DNA from: Octopus vulgaris
Lineage: Eukaryota
Assembly: GCA_951406725.2 (NCBI GenBank)
Contig: OX597820.1
Span: forward strand, 113,708,001-113,772,000
Length of the DNA stretch: 64,000 nucleotides
Direction: 5' to 3'
This document shows, piece by piece, positions 27,559 to 41,444 of this stretch (position 1 is its first letter; every line of letters starts with the position of its first letter). The notes beneath the pieces are model-generated. The model had not been told where the DNA came from. It saw nothing but the letters and a program-made list of their open reading frames with translations, and ran no database searches. Both the position numbers and the translations under genes were made by a program.

Positions 27559-27818
27559 ACACTCGACCGCTAGAGATAGCAGCAATTCGACCCTGCTAAC
27601 GATATATAGAATAACTGTACCAGAACAGGCGCTTGTGTCGCGATTAGCCAGTATTAATACCGAGAGGTAATATTTATCCCCACTTACACGGGACTGTTCT
27701 GTTAGAACAAATTATACTGTGGTTGATACCACGTGGGAAACTCTCATATTGGCTTTTCCTGCAAAATGCACTTATTTACATCGCTTATTTATATACCCGC
27801 CATCTTCAACGCTGAGAT

Positions 27819-27863
27819 CACCAAATCATGTGATTTCGACCTTCCTTGGTCTTGTCAATGATG
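27819..27863 (-). ncRNA. Type I hammerhead ribozyme fold (U3-A8 core variant), AUU triplet; tandem partner of 27512-27558
   Basis: Minus strand: CAUCA-UUGACAA-GACC-AAGGAA-GGUC-GAAA-UCACAUGA-UU-UGGUG; offset 306 nt from the other copy. Confidence 0.72.
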
Positions 27864-28920
27864 GATGCTTGTGTGTGTGTGTGTTTATACAACAGGCTTC
27901 TTTCAGTTTCCGGCTACCAACTTCACCCACAAGGTTTGGTCGGCTCTGAACTACAATACTAGTTACTTGCCCAAAGTGTCACGCAGTAGGACTGAACTTG
28001 AGGGGTAAAAATGACGGATGATCCTAGAGGAACGTCTTTAATCATAGGTCTGCACAATCAGTCTGACCTAGGGTTAAAGAACAACACTCTACGCATATTG
28101 TACTAATTTCAGACATTTTACACGTGTCGTTGAAATTTCATTGACACGGTAGTCAGAACTGCATAACATGATGTTATCTCTCTGTGATTTGCTCCAGCTA
28201 TACCTCGAACGCCACAACTCGTTTATTTTTCCCCTTTAAAAGTATAGAGTTAATTTCTAAAAGGAAAAGGTTTATAATATTACTTTAAATCGCCCCTGAG
28301 TAGAATAGAATTAAAATCCTGTCGAGCGAACGAGGTGTGGCTTGTCATTCTCAGTTTTATTCATGCCCTTGAGAAAAAAATGGATGTTACGACTATGCCG
28401 TCACTGTATTATTATTTGTTTTAATCAAATGTGTGACATTTTGCTTAATTCAGAAAGCATTACTCATCAGCGCTTGATCAAGAAACTGTTGGAAAATGAA
28501 CAACATCGAATTTAGGATGTCGTTGAACTACAAATTCTACAGCTGTGCTGTTTAATAAATGTTGATTTTGCAAAGATAATGACAGCATCCAAACATAATC
28601 TCTTGTCTTCTCTAATGGCCGCTCTGATTACATTCTTCCTGTTGTCGTTCTGTTGTTTTTATTGCTGTTGTTGTTGTCGCTGTTGCTCTTTGTTGCTGTT
28701 ATATTTTTTTAATATACATATTTCTGCTTCCTTTTTCTTCCTCAAAGATAGTTCACTAGAACAAACAACATCATTTTACTTCTACTTAAAATGACAATTT
28801 AGAGAGAAACATTTAGAGAAATCATTTATGAATAATGGATGCTAAAACTAGTCATTTATCAAGCAGTAATATCATCACCATCATCATCATCATCACTATT
28901 ATTATTATTATCATCATCAC

Positions 28921-28968
<48 letters not shown>

Positions 28969-29212
28969 CATTATTATTATTATTATATTATTATCATTAT
29001 TATATACTCGAAATATACCCGAGGCATTTTCTACTTAATTTACATGAATTCACTTTATCAATCTTCGCTTCATCTAAAACACAATCAGATGAAATAATAT
29101 TCCGTTTTTATTTAATAAATGAACACTGGAAATTTACAGCTAAAATATTTGATACATTGGTGAGGTTTAAATAGTTTAAAGACACTGCAACTGTTTAAAC
29201 ATACATATACAT

Positions 29213-29275
<63 letters not shown>

Positions 29276-29280
29276 GAAGC

Positions 29281-29482
29281 TATGTTGCCAACTTAATGTG
29301 GCAGTCCCATGAAAGGAGAGAATGCTTCTGCTATTTAGCCCTTGACACATTTTCTGTGTCCTTAAGTTTTCAAAGGGGGAACAGAAAATGTGTCAAGACC
29401 AACTGGAAACGCTGTTTCATTGGGCTAAATAGCAGTATCATTCTTCCCTTTCATGGGATTGCCACATTAAGTTCGCAACATA
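29281..29482. mobile_element. Palindromic MITE-like element with a nested second hairpin
   Basis: Arms 29281-29341 / 29422-29482 are inverted; inner hairpin cttgacacattttctgt / acagaaaatgtgtcaag. Confidence 0.7.
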
Positions 29483-29720
29483 ACATCACCTTATCGCGCT
29501 GCTACTGTATAAATCTCTCTGAGAGATTTAGAAATGCAATGTATATATATATATTGGAGGGCTGGCCGTGATCTAGTAATCTCAAGATTAATCAGCCGAA
29601 ATTACTACGATGATCCGGTTCTTGACTGAAGACTGAGGGTTTCGAATGTCCTGTCCGTGTTTATTGTATCGTCTTCTAAGAGTTATACGTTCTTGTCCAT
29701 GTTGTATTTTTCTACATACC

Positions 29721-29756
<36 letters not shown>

Positions 29757-29800
29757 TATATAACTATATGTAGGTACACACACGCACACACATCTACATC

Positions 29801-29844
<44 letters not shown>

Positions 29845-29891
29845 CATACATATATATATACATATATATATATATACATACATATATATAC

Positions 29892-30010
<119 letters not shown>

Positions 30011-30709
30011 CATGTATATTTGTGAGGACAATGAACAAAAACATAAAAGACAACAACGGGCAGACGAGTTGTAGCAAACGAATTAGTTTCCCGCTTAAAA
30101 AGGAACGGAAAGTCTTCATGTTTCGGGCGTTAGTTCTTCAGCAGAAGAGAAGTTTAGAAAAAAGTAAAAGATGAGTGTAAAAGAGGTAAAAATGATTGAT
30201 AAAAGAGGTGAACGAGATGGTAGCGCCCTGATGGGAGTTCTATGGGAAGTTAACTAGAGAGGAAGAGTCGAGTGCGTATGAGCATGCATATATAATTTAG
30301 AAGTATACTGAAAATCACGACGCGTCAGTAAAGCGTTTGTGCTCAGTAAACAGTTCTCCACTCCACTCCTCCATTCCACGCCGTTAGAAAATAACCCTCG
30401 TATCACTGGATGGGTTATCGTGGGAGTCAGAGGCAAATTTTATAGTAATAAGAAACGCAGGAAAGGCGACTGGTATTCTTAAGAACTTACATAACATACA
30501 CGCATTATTTTAAACAACTTTAAAGAATGCCATAAAATCGAATCATTAAACTCATTAAACCATTGATGCCGAACCACTGTAATTGGTTAAAGATGGCTCT
30601 TCTACGATGAAGTGGTCTCAATTTCGACGCACGGTTTCAGATCACAACACTTGTTGGACTCCAATATGCTGGACTGAGACTTCGGAGGAAATATATATAA
30701 AAAAATGCT

Positions 30710-31040
30710 AAACTTCTGGGAAGTTTTACATATTTTTACTGTTCCTTTCATGGCTTGTTTCTGTAAGCTTCAAATTAGCTTTTTCCTTTCTGGTTTTAAA
30801 AACACCTAATTTCCCAAGATTGGTGCCAAGGCAGTTTGTTACATATCCTAGAGATCCAATAATTACAGGTATAAATCTGAACTTGTAATCCGGGTAGCTG
30901 TAGATTTCACAGTGGTTCAGAGTGTTTTCTTTTCCGCTGGTCTTTAGCTTTATGCTGACATCTACGAGGCAACTGATTTCCATGACTGTACACAGAATCT
31001 CTTCTCTGTCTCAAATTACTATGTCTGGGCTATTATCTCG
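30710..31040 (-). mobile_element. RLE-type non-LTR retrotransposon 3' fragment
   Basis: Peptides NSPDIVI, EISCLVD, YPDYKFRFIPVIIGSLGYV. Confidence 0.7.
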
Positions 31041-31355
31041 CATTATGGGACGAAAGTATTACACATAGGATACAATACATACATACATGCATGCATACAT
31101 ACATACATACAAAAATACATGCATGCATATATACATACATATACACGTAGGTACGTGTTTGTGTGTGTGTACGAATGTGTTAAATAATTTTAAAAATTTA
31201 GAAAAGTCTCTGCATTCCGTTATTCAAAAATGGATTTTCTTTGCTAAAGTATTGAATATTTCACATAAAGCCATTCGCTCTACAGTTATATTTCACTTGT
31301 TTAGAATGCTCTTTGGATTTCTACTTTGCTTGATAATTAGCTCTAGAATTTTCAT

Positions 31356-31391
<36 letters not shown>

Positions 31392-31938
31392 ATATATGTA
31401 TGCGCATTTTATGTCGAATTTATAACTATATGAGTATGATTGCTTAGTTTGAGTTTATATCTTAATTCTTGTGTGTGTGTGTGTGTATAATTGACGGAGG
31501 GAACGGAAGATAGATTTAGCATTAGTCTTTATTCAGTACGACGATCGTTTCGATCCATCCTGCAGGTGTCCGTTATGGGTAGCATTTTGTGTGCATCTTA
31601 GTGTTTGCATCAATCTGTGCAGCTTGTGTCACATCTGCTACATGCATAAAGAAAGGGATGTCCCACTGGATATACTGAGATGTATACCGTTGGCGATTTT
31701 TTTTCCTCTGTCTTCCCTTCTCGGGATCTTTCCTTCTCCTATGTTTCCGACGAAGAGCTCCGCTCGAAACGTTAAACCCTCCTTCTTCCCTTCTTTCCTG
31801 AGCGTCCAATAATACTATATTTGTTCCACGTCCTCGCGTTGTTGTGTTTTTTTTTTTGTGTTTTCTTGTTTGGATTAACTATATATATATATATATATAT
31901 ATATTATTATTATTATTATTATTATTATAATTATAATG

Positions 31939-31972
<34 letters not shown>

Positions 31973-32034
31973 GATTATTACGAAGTAGCATATCATTACC
32001 TTTAATTCCTTTATATATATGGTGGGCGTGCGTG

Positions 32035-32093
<59 letters not shown>

Positions 32094-32096
<3 letters not shown>

Positions 32097-32248
32097 AGTG
32101 GCTGTGTGGTAAGTAGCTTGCTAACCAACCTCATGGTTCCGGGTTCAGTCCCACTGCGTGGCATCTTGGGCAAGTGTCTTCTGCTATAGCCCCGGGCCGA
32201 CCAATGCCTTGTGAGTGGATTTGGTAGACGGAAACTGAAAGAAGCCTG

Positions 32249-32294
<46 letters not shown>

Positions 32295-32496
32295 CTGTGT
32301 TTGTCCCCCTAGCATTGCTTGACAACTGATGCTGGTGTGTTTACGTCCCCGTCACTTAGCGGTTCGACAAAAGAGACCGATAGAATAAGTACTGGGCTTA
32401 CAAAGAATAAGTCCCAGGGTCGATTTGCTCGACTAAAGGCGGTGTTCCAGCATGGCTGCAGTCAAATGACTGAAACAAGTAAAAGAGTAAAAGAGT
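32094..32496 (+). mobile_element. SINE family B, full length
   Basis: A box tggctgtgtgg, B box ggttcagtccc, tail gactgaaacaagtaaaagagtaaaagag. Confidence 0.9.
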
Positions 32497-32978
32497 ATAT
32501 ATATATACATAAGAATTAAGATATAAACTCATATTAGGCAACTAATTACTTATACAGTAATAAATTCGACTTAAAATGCGCACACATATATATTAATACA
32601 TGTCGACACATATGAATATCTTTTTTTTATATTTATGAAATATAAATACAAATATAAATATACATAAAACTACATTTAATAAAAACCCATGTGGGATACA
32701 TATGGAAGGAAGTGTGAGAAAAAGGAAACTGGTAAAAAATTTTTGTACTAAAATTCAGGGCGGTCAAGAGTTTCAATTAAAAGATCCACAGAGCTCGATG
32801 TGTTTTTTTAATATATAAATGGTATATAAAGTATATAAGGTATATAATACAGTCCAAGGAAGTCCACTTTCTACGCCCGTTTCTTGCTAGAAATATTAAA
32901 AGAAAATCTTACAAACCATGCGCACGATGTCCACTCCATCAGGAAAGGGTTGTCTCGGGTTCGACCCACGTAAGAAAG

Positions 32979-33032
<54 letters not shown>

Positions 33033-33318
33033 CTTCAAATAGACCTACACATGTCTATACTGCATCAGTTAATAACCGTTGCAATTGCAGTTTCTTCGGA
33101 GTTTTTGTGCATTCCGAAATTTTATCAGTGAACAGGTCGCGGTCTCAAAGCGACAAAAATATTTTGACAAATTAAATTTACATGTTGAAGTGAATCTAAC
33201 GGTTTTTGTGTGTTTCTTAAATGGCTTTTAAACACCTTCCACGCTGCAATTGTTTGCGTTCCAGCGCACAATCTCAGATCAAGTCACTCGCTATGCAAGT
33301 ACATCTCCGTAATATATT

Positions 33319-33374
<56 letters not shown>

Positions 33375-33522
33375 CAGAGAGAGAGAGAGAGAGCGACAGA
33401 GAGAGAGAGACAGACAGACAGATAGATAGATATACGTATGTATACAACACACACATATACATATATGTTATACGCATATATATATATATACATGTATATA
33501 TGTATATATATGTATATATATG

Positions 33523-33622
<100 letters not shown>

Positions 33623-33733
33623 TACATGTATATTTAATATATATAGATTTGAGTGTGTGTATCCTGAGTGTGTACATACAGATATATACATGTGCGTTAT
33701 ACTTACTGTTATGTATGTATATAATTACACACG

Positions 33734-33771
<38 letters not shown>

Positions 33772-34118
33772 CACACACGTATGCGCGTGAAGCATACTTA
33801 CATATAGGTGAATACTGGTATATGACAATACCTATAGTGTGTGCATGTATGTATAGAAAAGTGTATATATTAGATTTATTCATTCATAGCTAAGGTTTTC
33901 TTTTATCTCTACTTTGAGTATATTGCGACATACATACATAGAAAATAAATCCCGCCCGGAGAAAATCGTGACAATTCCGGAAATAACCGAACTGGAAATA
34001 AAAGTTTTCTCGACACCACAGAAGAAAAATGATCCAAGATGTCATCCGATTGATTAAATCAGAAAATAGATTTTTCATCTGTCTATTTCAGAATTTTAAT
34101 GATACATGCATATGTATG

Positions 34119-34170
<52 letters not shown>

Positions 34171-34188
34171 TATATACATACATATATA

Positions 34189-34258
<70 letters not shown>

Positions 34259-34510
34259 CATACATATATATATATATACATACATATATATATTTATATA
34301 TATATATATATGTATATATATACACATGTATGTATGTACGTATGTATATATACATATATATATGAATAAATATATATATGTATATAAGTATACATATAAA
34401 TTTATGTGTGTGTGTGTATGAATATCTGTCTATGTGTGTGTAATCTATAATATATATATATATATGATATATATACACACACGCATATATATATATAAAA
34501 TATGTATATG

Positions 34511-34563
<53 letters not shown>

Positions 34564-34568
<5 letters not shown>

Positions 34569-34897
34569 TCAGTGGTTAGAACGTCGAGCTTACGATCGTG
34601 AGGTTGTGAGCTCGAATCTCGGACCGGGCTGCGTGTTGTGTTCTCGAGCAAGGCACTTTATTTCACGTTGCTCCAGTTCACTCAGCTGTAGAAATGAGTT
34701 GCGAAGTCACTGGTGCCAAGCTGTATCGGGCTTTGTCTTTCCCTTGGATAACACTTGTGGCGTGGAGAGGGGAGGCTGGTATGCATGGGCGACTGCTGGC
34801 CTTCCATAAACAACCTTGCCCGGACTTGTGTCTAGGAGGATAACTTTCTAGGTGCAATCCCATGGTCATTCATGACCGAAGGGGGTCTTTACCCCTT
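34564..34897 (+). mobile_element. SINE family C (tRNA-derived head, gagcaaggcactttatttcacgttgctccag body)
   Basis: A box tggctcagtgg, B-box-like gctcgaatc; related copies at 19796-20055 (+), 36405-36583 (-), 38465-38711 (-), 48805-48930 (+). Confidence 0.82.
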
Positions 34898-35342
34898 TAT
34901 ATATATACGTATACATATATGTATGTATACATACATATATGCATATATGTAGATAGATATGTGTGTGTGTCTGTTACTTGGATACGTATTCTATCATTTT
35001 AATTGTTTCTTCTAATTTCATACACATTCATATGTGTAGATGTACATATATACACATATATACACATACACACAGGGGGGGGGGTGTTATATGTAATCTG
35101 TGTATATGTCCAGATAAGTAAGTACGGATGCATCTATCTTTTCGTCAAATCTCCATTGAATACGAATTTGTTGTACTGAAATATGTTGCAGATAGCTTAA
35201 TGTATGGAAGCCTAATTCCATCAGAAGTTTTATGTATTAGGATTACAGAACTTTATAGATTGCAAATAACATTGCAGATATCTTCTTTTTTTTTTTGTCT
35301 TACGACACACTCCCATACAATAAACATCTAAAGAAATAAGTA

Positions 35343-35380
<38 letters not shown>

Positions 35381-35558
35381 TGCACATGCGGACGCACAGG
35401 CACATATGCATGCATATGTGTGTGTGCGCGCGTGTGTGGCTTTGTATATGATATATATATATATATATTTATGGCAATACTTATTGATCCGAGGGGAGGC
35501 AATGTGAGCAGCAACTAAAGGAACATTACAAAATTCACAGAAAGATCAAACACATACA

Positions 35559-35865
35559 TCTTTATACATAAAACTGAAGTTGTGTGAGAGTCTGTCTCCT
35601 CCGATTTAGATTCCTAAATACTCCCACATTTTGCGGTGCAGTTTAACCAAAAGCGGGTATCTTATAGTTGTGATTCATATCGAGCCCTTCTGGGTATTAG
35701 CGCGCGTCTACGATGAGTCTACGACTTTAAAAAAAATTTACCATCATTTTTTTCGTTTTTTTTAATGCATTTTTTGCTCGGTTTATATAAGGGAAGTAAC
35801 TCTCTAAAAATGCTTATATAGTTATTTCCCTTACAAACCCGAGCAACGCCGGGCGATACTGCTAG
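35559..35865 (+). mobile_element. Non-autonomous Helitron-like element
   Basis: A|TC 5' end, subterminal hairpin cccgagcaacgccggg, CTAG|T 3' end, no target duplication. Confidence 0.75.
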
Positions 35866-36230
35866 TATATTCATATATTCATTTATATCTACAGAACAGA
35901 TATAAAGTCCGACGTTTAAAATTATAATAATATATAAATATATAAACATCATATCAAAATATATAAATATATATATAATATGTATTTATCCCCACTTTTT
36001 TAACTTACCTTTTTTTCTCCATTTAAATTGTATCTACCAGAAAATTAAACTAAGAGTATCTTTTGCGTATGTTTTAGTACGTAGTATTCTGTAAGAAAAG
36101 GTTCACATGATTTTTTTTTCTTTTTTATATTTTGAACATATTTGTTCTCCATATCACTCTCCCTAATCCTACGTTCATGTCTGTTCTACACACACAAACA
36201 CACATGTATGTATATATATACACATATGTG

Positions 36231-36263
<33 letters not shown>

Positions 36264-36580
36264 CATGCATATATATATGTGTGTGTGTGTATCACGGACT
36301 CTCTCGTCGTTAGACTTTATATGAGAGTTCGGAAATTTCTTACTGAACAGCTACACAGATGATTCGTTTATAGTGATCAAATGTTTGTGTTCATATAAGC
36401 TGACTCCCTCCATCAAATCGACATTTCTTGTGTAGGTGCACCATGTGCTACATGTCAGATTACGAAATGATCGCAGAGCAACGTGAAATGAAGCGGTTTG
36501 CTCAAGAACACAACGCAACACCCGGTCTGGGAATCGAACCCACGATCTCGTAATCGTGAGTGCAGCACCCTACACACTCA

Positions 36581-36627
<47 letters not shown>

Positions 36628-36633
<6 letters not shown>

Positions 36634-36985
36634 TATCTTTTATTGGTTTTGGTCACTCGACTGCACCGATATTGGTGCACCGCTTTGAAGAATTTTAGTC
36701 GACTGAATCGACCCAGTACTTTTGTAAAGCCTGGTACTTATTTTATCGGTTACTTTTGCCGAATCGCTAGGTTGCATGGACGGAAACACACCGACACCGG
36801 TGGAATACAAATACAGACACTGGGACACACACGGTTAGACTGCATTCAGTTTCTGTTGACCAAATGCTTTGGTCGATTCGAGGCTATTTTAGAATACACT
36901 TGCCCAAGGGTGCCGCTCAATGAGATTGAACCCGAAACCGTGTGGTTGGGAATCAAGAAAAAGTTTAATAAACATGTTCACTACT
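36628..36985 (-). mobile_element. Old SINE family B copy
   Basis: acacttgcccaagggtgcc and tcgacccagtact motifs. Confidence 0.7.
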
Positions 36986-37060
36986 AGAAAGTATGGAATA
37001 GTTAACTTGTTTTCTTTTCATACAACTGAGAAACATCACACACACACACACACACGCACA

Positions 37061-37092
<32 letters not shown>

Positions 37093-37232
37093 ACATATAT
37101 ATATATATATAGATAGTAAAAGCAATTAAGATTCAAGTGAGTTCTGTTGAATTCACATGAATGAGGTACTTAACTTAGATGCACCAGAAATCTATATGGT
37201 ATTAACCATAAGATAATGCGGGGTGATTATAA

Positions 37233-37370
37233 ACAAGAAAAAAGCAACAAAAATGGATCAATATTTCGGTACTATTGTTTCGTACGAATATTTGCAGCCT
37301 TAATAAAGGTGGTCTTCGTACGAAACAATTGTACCGAAATATTGATCCATTGTTGTTGCTTTTTTCTTGT
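37233..37370. repeat. Foldback element, 56-bp arms (37233-37288 / 37315-37370)
   Basis: acaagaaaaaagcaacaaaaatggatcaatatttcggtac versus gtaccgaaatattgatccattgttgttgcttttttcttgt. Confidence 0.85.
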
Positions 37371-37592
37371 ATATATATATATATATAGTCAAATTTTTTT
37401 TTTTGCTAACGATTTCTTTCATACTTCCTCCATTCGTCCTTTTTCTCTCCTTCAATTCTTTTTCCTTCTCCAACTTTCTTCCTTTCTTATTTCTTTTTGT
37501 CTTTTTCCTTCTCTTATAGTCCGACTTTCCTTCTTTGTTGTTTTTTTTCTTTTATTTCTTTTATTTTTGCTTTACTCCTAATGACATCTATG

Positions 37593-37635
<43 letters not shown>

Positions 37636-38464
37636 CGAACTTATTAACTTTAGCAAACTTCGTTTCCTTTGAAGAGACGCAATTCAAAACATAAGGAAAC
37701 ATCGAATGAAATAAACCTGCTTTTCTTTATTTTAACATTGCGTTATACTTTTTTAATTTGGAATTTCTTCGATTGTTTGTTTCGGATGATCTCTTCTCCA
37801 TCTCGCCATCTCCCTCTTTCCTCATCGCCGTTCCTCCACTTTCCATCTCTTCTCTTCTCCCTCATTCCGTTTCTCCACTCTTCTCCTTGTTATACAAGAG
37901 TGCCTGTGCGGATATATGTGTATACAAACACACACACGCGTACACACACACACACACACACACATATACAAACATATATATATGTATATATATATATATA
38001 TATACACATATATACACACACACATATATATATACATATATATATACACACATATATTTGTATTGAGATATATATATATATATATATACATGCATACATG
38101 TTCAAATATATATGTTCATACATGTGTGTGTATATATATATGTATGTGTGTGTGTATGTGTGCGTGTATGAACATACAGGTATGTATGTACGTAAGCAGG
38201 CAAACTTTGGTGACTAGTTTACAGAGGTTGCATATGTATATGTGTTATATATTCTTACAAATTCACAGATATATATATACATATGTGTGTGAAAGGAAGA
38301 GAGAGAACGTGTGTGCATGTTTGGGTGTGTGAATATGTATATTTTAAATAAAGCATATTACTCTATCTCTGGTATTTGAGTACTCACTTTTTTCCACCTT
38401 GTTTCACATTTGTGTTTACTCCGGTATATATATATATACATATATATAATATATTATAATATAA

Positions 38465-38819
<355 letters not shown>

Positions 38820-38881
38820 TAAAAACGGTAAGATAACAAAAGAAAGAAAGCAACCTCAATATTATGTAAATAGAGGAATTT

Positions 38882-39079
38882 ATCTGTAAATGTAATATGT
38901 GACAATTATTCGGTAGCCAAGACAAAACTTCGGATGCCAAGGTGGAATTTTTTTTTCATAGCGTTTTTCTGATGGCCGGATAACTGAAGAGATGGTGGTA
39001 TGGATTTCCACCTCGGCATCCGAAACTCGAAGTTTTATCTTGGGTACCGAATAATTGTCACATATTACATTTACAGATA
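38882..39079. repeat. Foldback element, about 66-73 bp arms (38882-38947 / 39007-39079)
   Basis: atctgtaaatgtaatatgtgacaattattcggta versus taccgaataattgtcacatattacatttacagat. Confidence 0.85.
38979..39039 (+). ncRNA. Type I hammerhead fold with canonical CUGAAGA/GAAA core, extended stem II, GUU triplet
   Basis: GAUAA-CUGAAGA-GAUG-GUGG...CCAC-CUCGG-CAUC-C-GAAA-CU-CGA-AG-UU-UUAUC; stem I GAUAA/UUAUC perfect; one extra C before GAAA. Confidence 0.6.
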
Positions 39080-39225
39080 TATATACATGTATGTATGTAT
39101 GTATGTATGTATGTATGTATGTATGTATGTTTGTATGTGTGTATGTATTCTAATAACAAATTATCAATTCCTTTGTTCATGACATGAATGACTATGCTGT
39201 ATTTCAATTTTTTCTTCATTTCCAG

Positions 39226-39291
39226 CTACAAGATTGTTCCGTTCATGACGAACCGAGGACTAATTCAGACCTGCCAACTAATATCGCTTGT
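39226..39291 (+). CDS. Internal exon, 66 nt, phase 0/0 (LQDCSVHDEPRTNSDLPTNIAC)
   Basis: ttttttcttcatttccag acceptor; gtaagt donor; frame 0 open. Confidence 0.75.
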
Positions 39292-39484
39292 GTAAGTATG
39301 CCACATTGTCTAAAACACAAACCATAGAACTAAAGAATTATACAAGATTTCAGTTTTTTGTATATTTCAGACTAATAACGCTGTTCTTAGAAATAAAATA
39401 TTATTTATTTAAATTATAGACGGGTTCATAAAATGTTCCTTTTGCAGCCGTATGTTTTTATTTTTAGACACATTCCGAATACCT

Positions 39485-39722
39485 ATTTCTATTTCTTTAC
39501 TACCCACAAGGGGCTAAACACAGAAGGGACAAACAAGGACAGACAAACGGATTAAGTCGATTATATCGACCCCAGTGCGTAACTGGTACTTATTTAATCG
39601 ACCCCGAAAGGATGAAAGGCAAAGTCGACCTCGGCGGAATTTGAACTGAGAACGTAATAGCAGACGAAATACGGCTACGCATTTCGCCCGGCGTGCTAAC
39701 GATTCTGCCAGCTCACTGCCTT
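39485..39722 (-). mobile_element. SINE family A (tRNA-like head, gcctttcatcctttcggggtcgat core), full copy with 16-bp target duplication
   Basis: cacattccgaatacct at 39469-39484 and 39723-39738; the core resembles the MetaSINE central domain as I recall it. Confidence 0.9.
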
Positions 39723-41444
39723 CACATTCCGAATACCTTGAATAAGTATTCTTATGCCTCCAGATAAATCGTGTGTTGTCAGTGAAATTTGATAGAAGGT
39801 AAAATATAGCTGTCGTGGTTTCGATTTCCACACCGGTAGTGTGTTATATTCTTGAGTAAAATACCTTTATTTCTCGCTGCCCCAGTTCACTCATCTGTAG
39901 ATGGTTACCCAGTGACGGACTGGTGTCACAGACCACCCATCGGGTACGAGGAAGCACATTGTGACAACATTTGATAGTCTTGTCGATACACATCCATGCA
40001 GAGTTGGCATATGTATTCAGAATTGACTGGACTGAGAATTCTTCCATTTCAAAATCCCGTCCATTCTCGTAGAAGTCACACGAGTGATTCCATCAGAGAC
40101 AATAACTCGCTACTCATTAAAAAATAGTAAATAATATATATTAAAAACTATTATGTTCATAAGTTAGGGTGGAAAATCTGACATAAAAGGACATAGACTG
40201 AGGGTTTTAACGATAGGGACCGACGAAAAAGGGATACAGTTGCTCTCTTGCTTACAGAAATGAGATGTGATGAACCACTTACAAATGTATTTAAGCAATT
40301 AGTTTCTGAAAAGGGTCGCCCATGTTCTAGATCGAACGTAAGTTTTCAACACCGCAATGTATTAATTAATATAATCCTTATATGTAGTCAGAGATATCGA
40401 TTTGATGAAATATATCTCAAGAGATGTCGGCAGACATTGTAGAAAGTTTTCAAGTTATTTACCAAAAGACCGTGAAGAATGTTAATGAAATGAAATACAG
40501 CATTAAAATAATCAACTTGGTGGCTGTTATATAACTGAAAGTCGTAATCTAGTTAAATAAAGGTATCAGAATAGTATTAATAGCAGGAAATCCTGATAGA
40601 ATTCCGTTTATCCAACTTCAATTGCAGAGATAAGATGATTAGCTATAGGGGTGGATTGCGTAATATCAAACAAAAAAAAATGGAAGGTAATGAATGTTTC
40701 CATGATAAATCTACATCAATTAAATCATGCATTAAATAAATTATATTGTGATTAATTTAGCTTAAAGACGATCAGTATGCTAGAGCATTCTCTAAAAATA
40801 GAGGTGATGAATATGAATTAATTTTAGGCAGGAAGTCAACTCGTTTGACACTGAGGAAGTTATGGAAGCTTCCTAATTAGCAGACTACGTTGACAATATA
40901 ACCTGCTCGGTTCTGGACATCACATTATTCTTAATTTAGACGGGCAACCGAAACGGAAAGCTTCTCCGTCGAGTTAACTCTGAACATAGATGACCTACGT
41001 TATCTAGCTATAAGTAAACCTCATTATTTAATGCAGACATACATATATGTGTGTGGCGTGTGTGTGTGTGGCGTGTGTGTGTGTGTGTGTGCGTCTGTCT
41101 GTCTGTCTGTCTGTCTGGCAGCTACCATACAATAAGACTCCGGCGCTGAGATACATTCAAGCTCTCATATAATAACTTAGATGTGACTTAAATTAACCAA
41201 GGAAATGGGCAGATCGTGACGCCATCCAGGATTCTTTTCTATGTCTTCTTTCAGAAGAAAAGTCTGTCATCTTAGGAAACAGGTATTTGTAGAATCTAGA
41301 AATAGCGACGCAAGGGATGGCAGCCAATTGCATTCTCATCTGCGCGCGCGTAGGTGTGTGTGTATGTGTATGCGTGTGTGTGCATGTGTGCACGCGCGCG
41401 TGCGTATGTTGTACATAGCTACCTATCTATACAAACACACACAT

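Larger units (their letters stand above)
27353..27866 (-). repeat. Diverged tandem repeat, unit about 306-313 nt, each unit carrying a hammerhead (retrozyme-like)
   Basis: 27353-27560 aligns by eye with 27666-27866; a 29-nt ribozyme core block is identical. Confidence 0.7.

Noticed and set aside
34564-34640. tRNA-like sequence with A and B boxes
   Set aside because: It continues into a SINE body found in several copies and lacks a clean cloverleaf; a SINE head, not a tRNA gene
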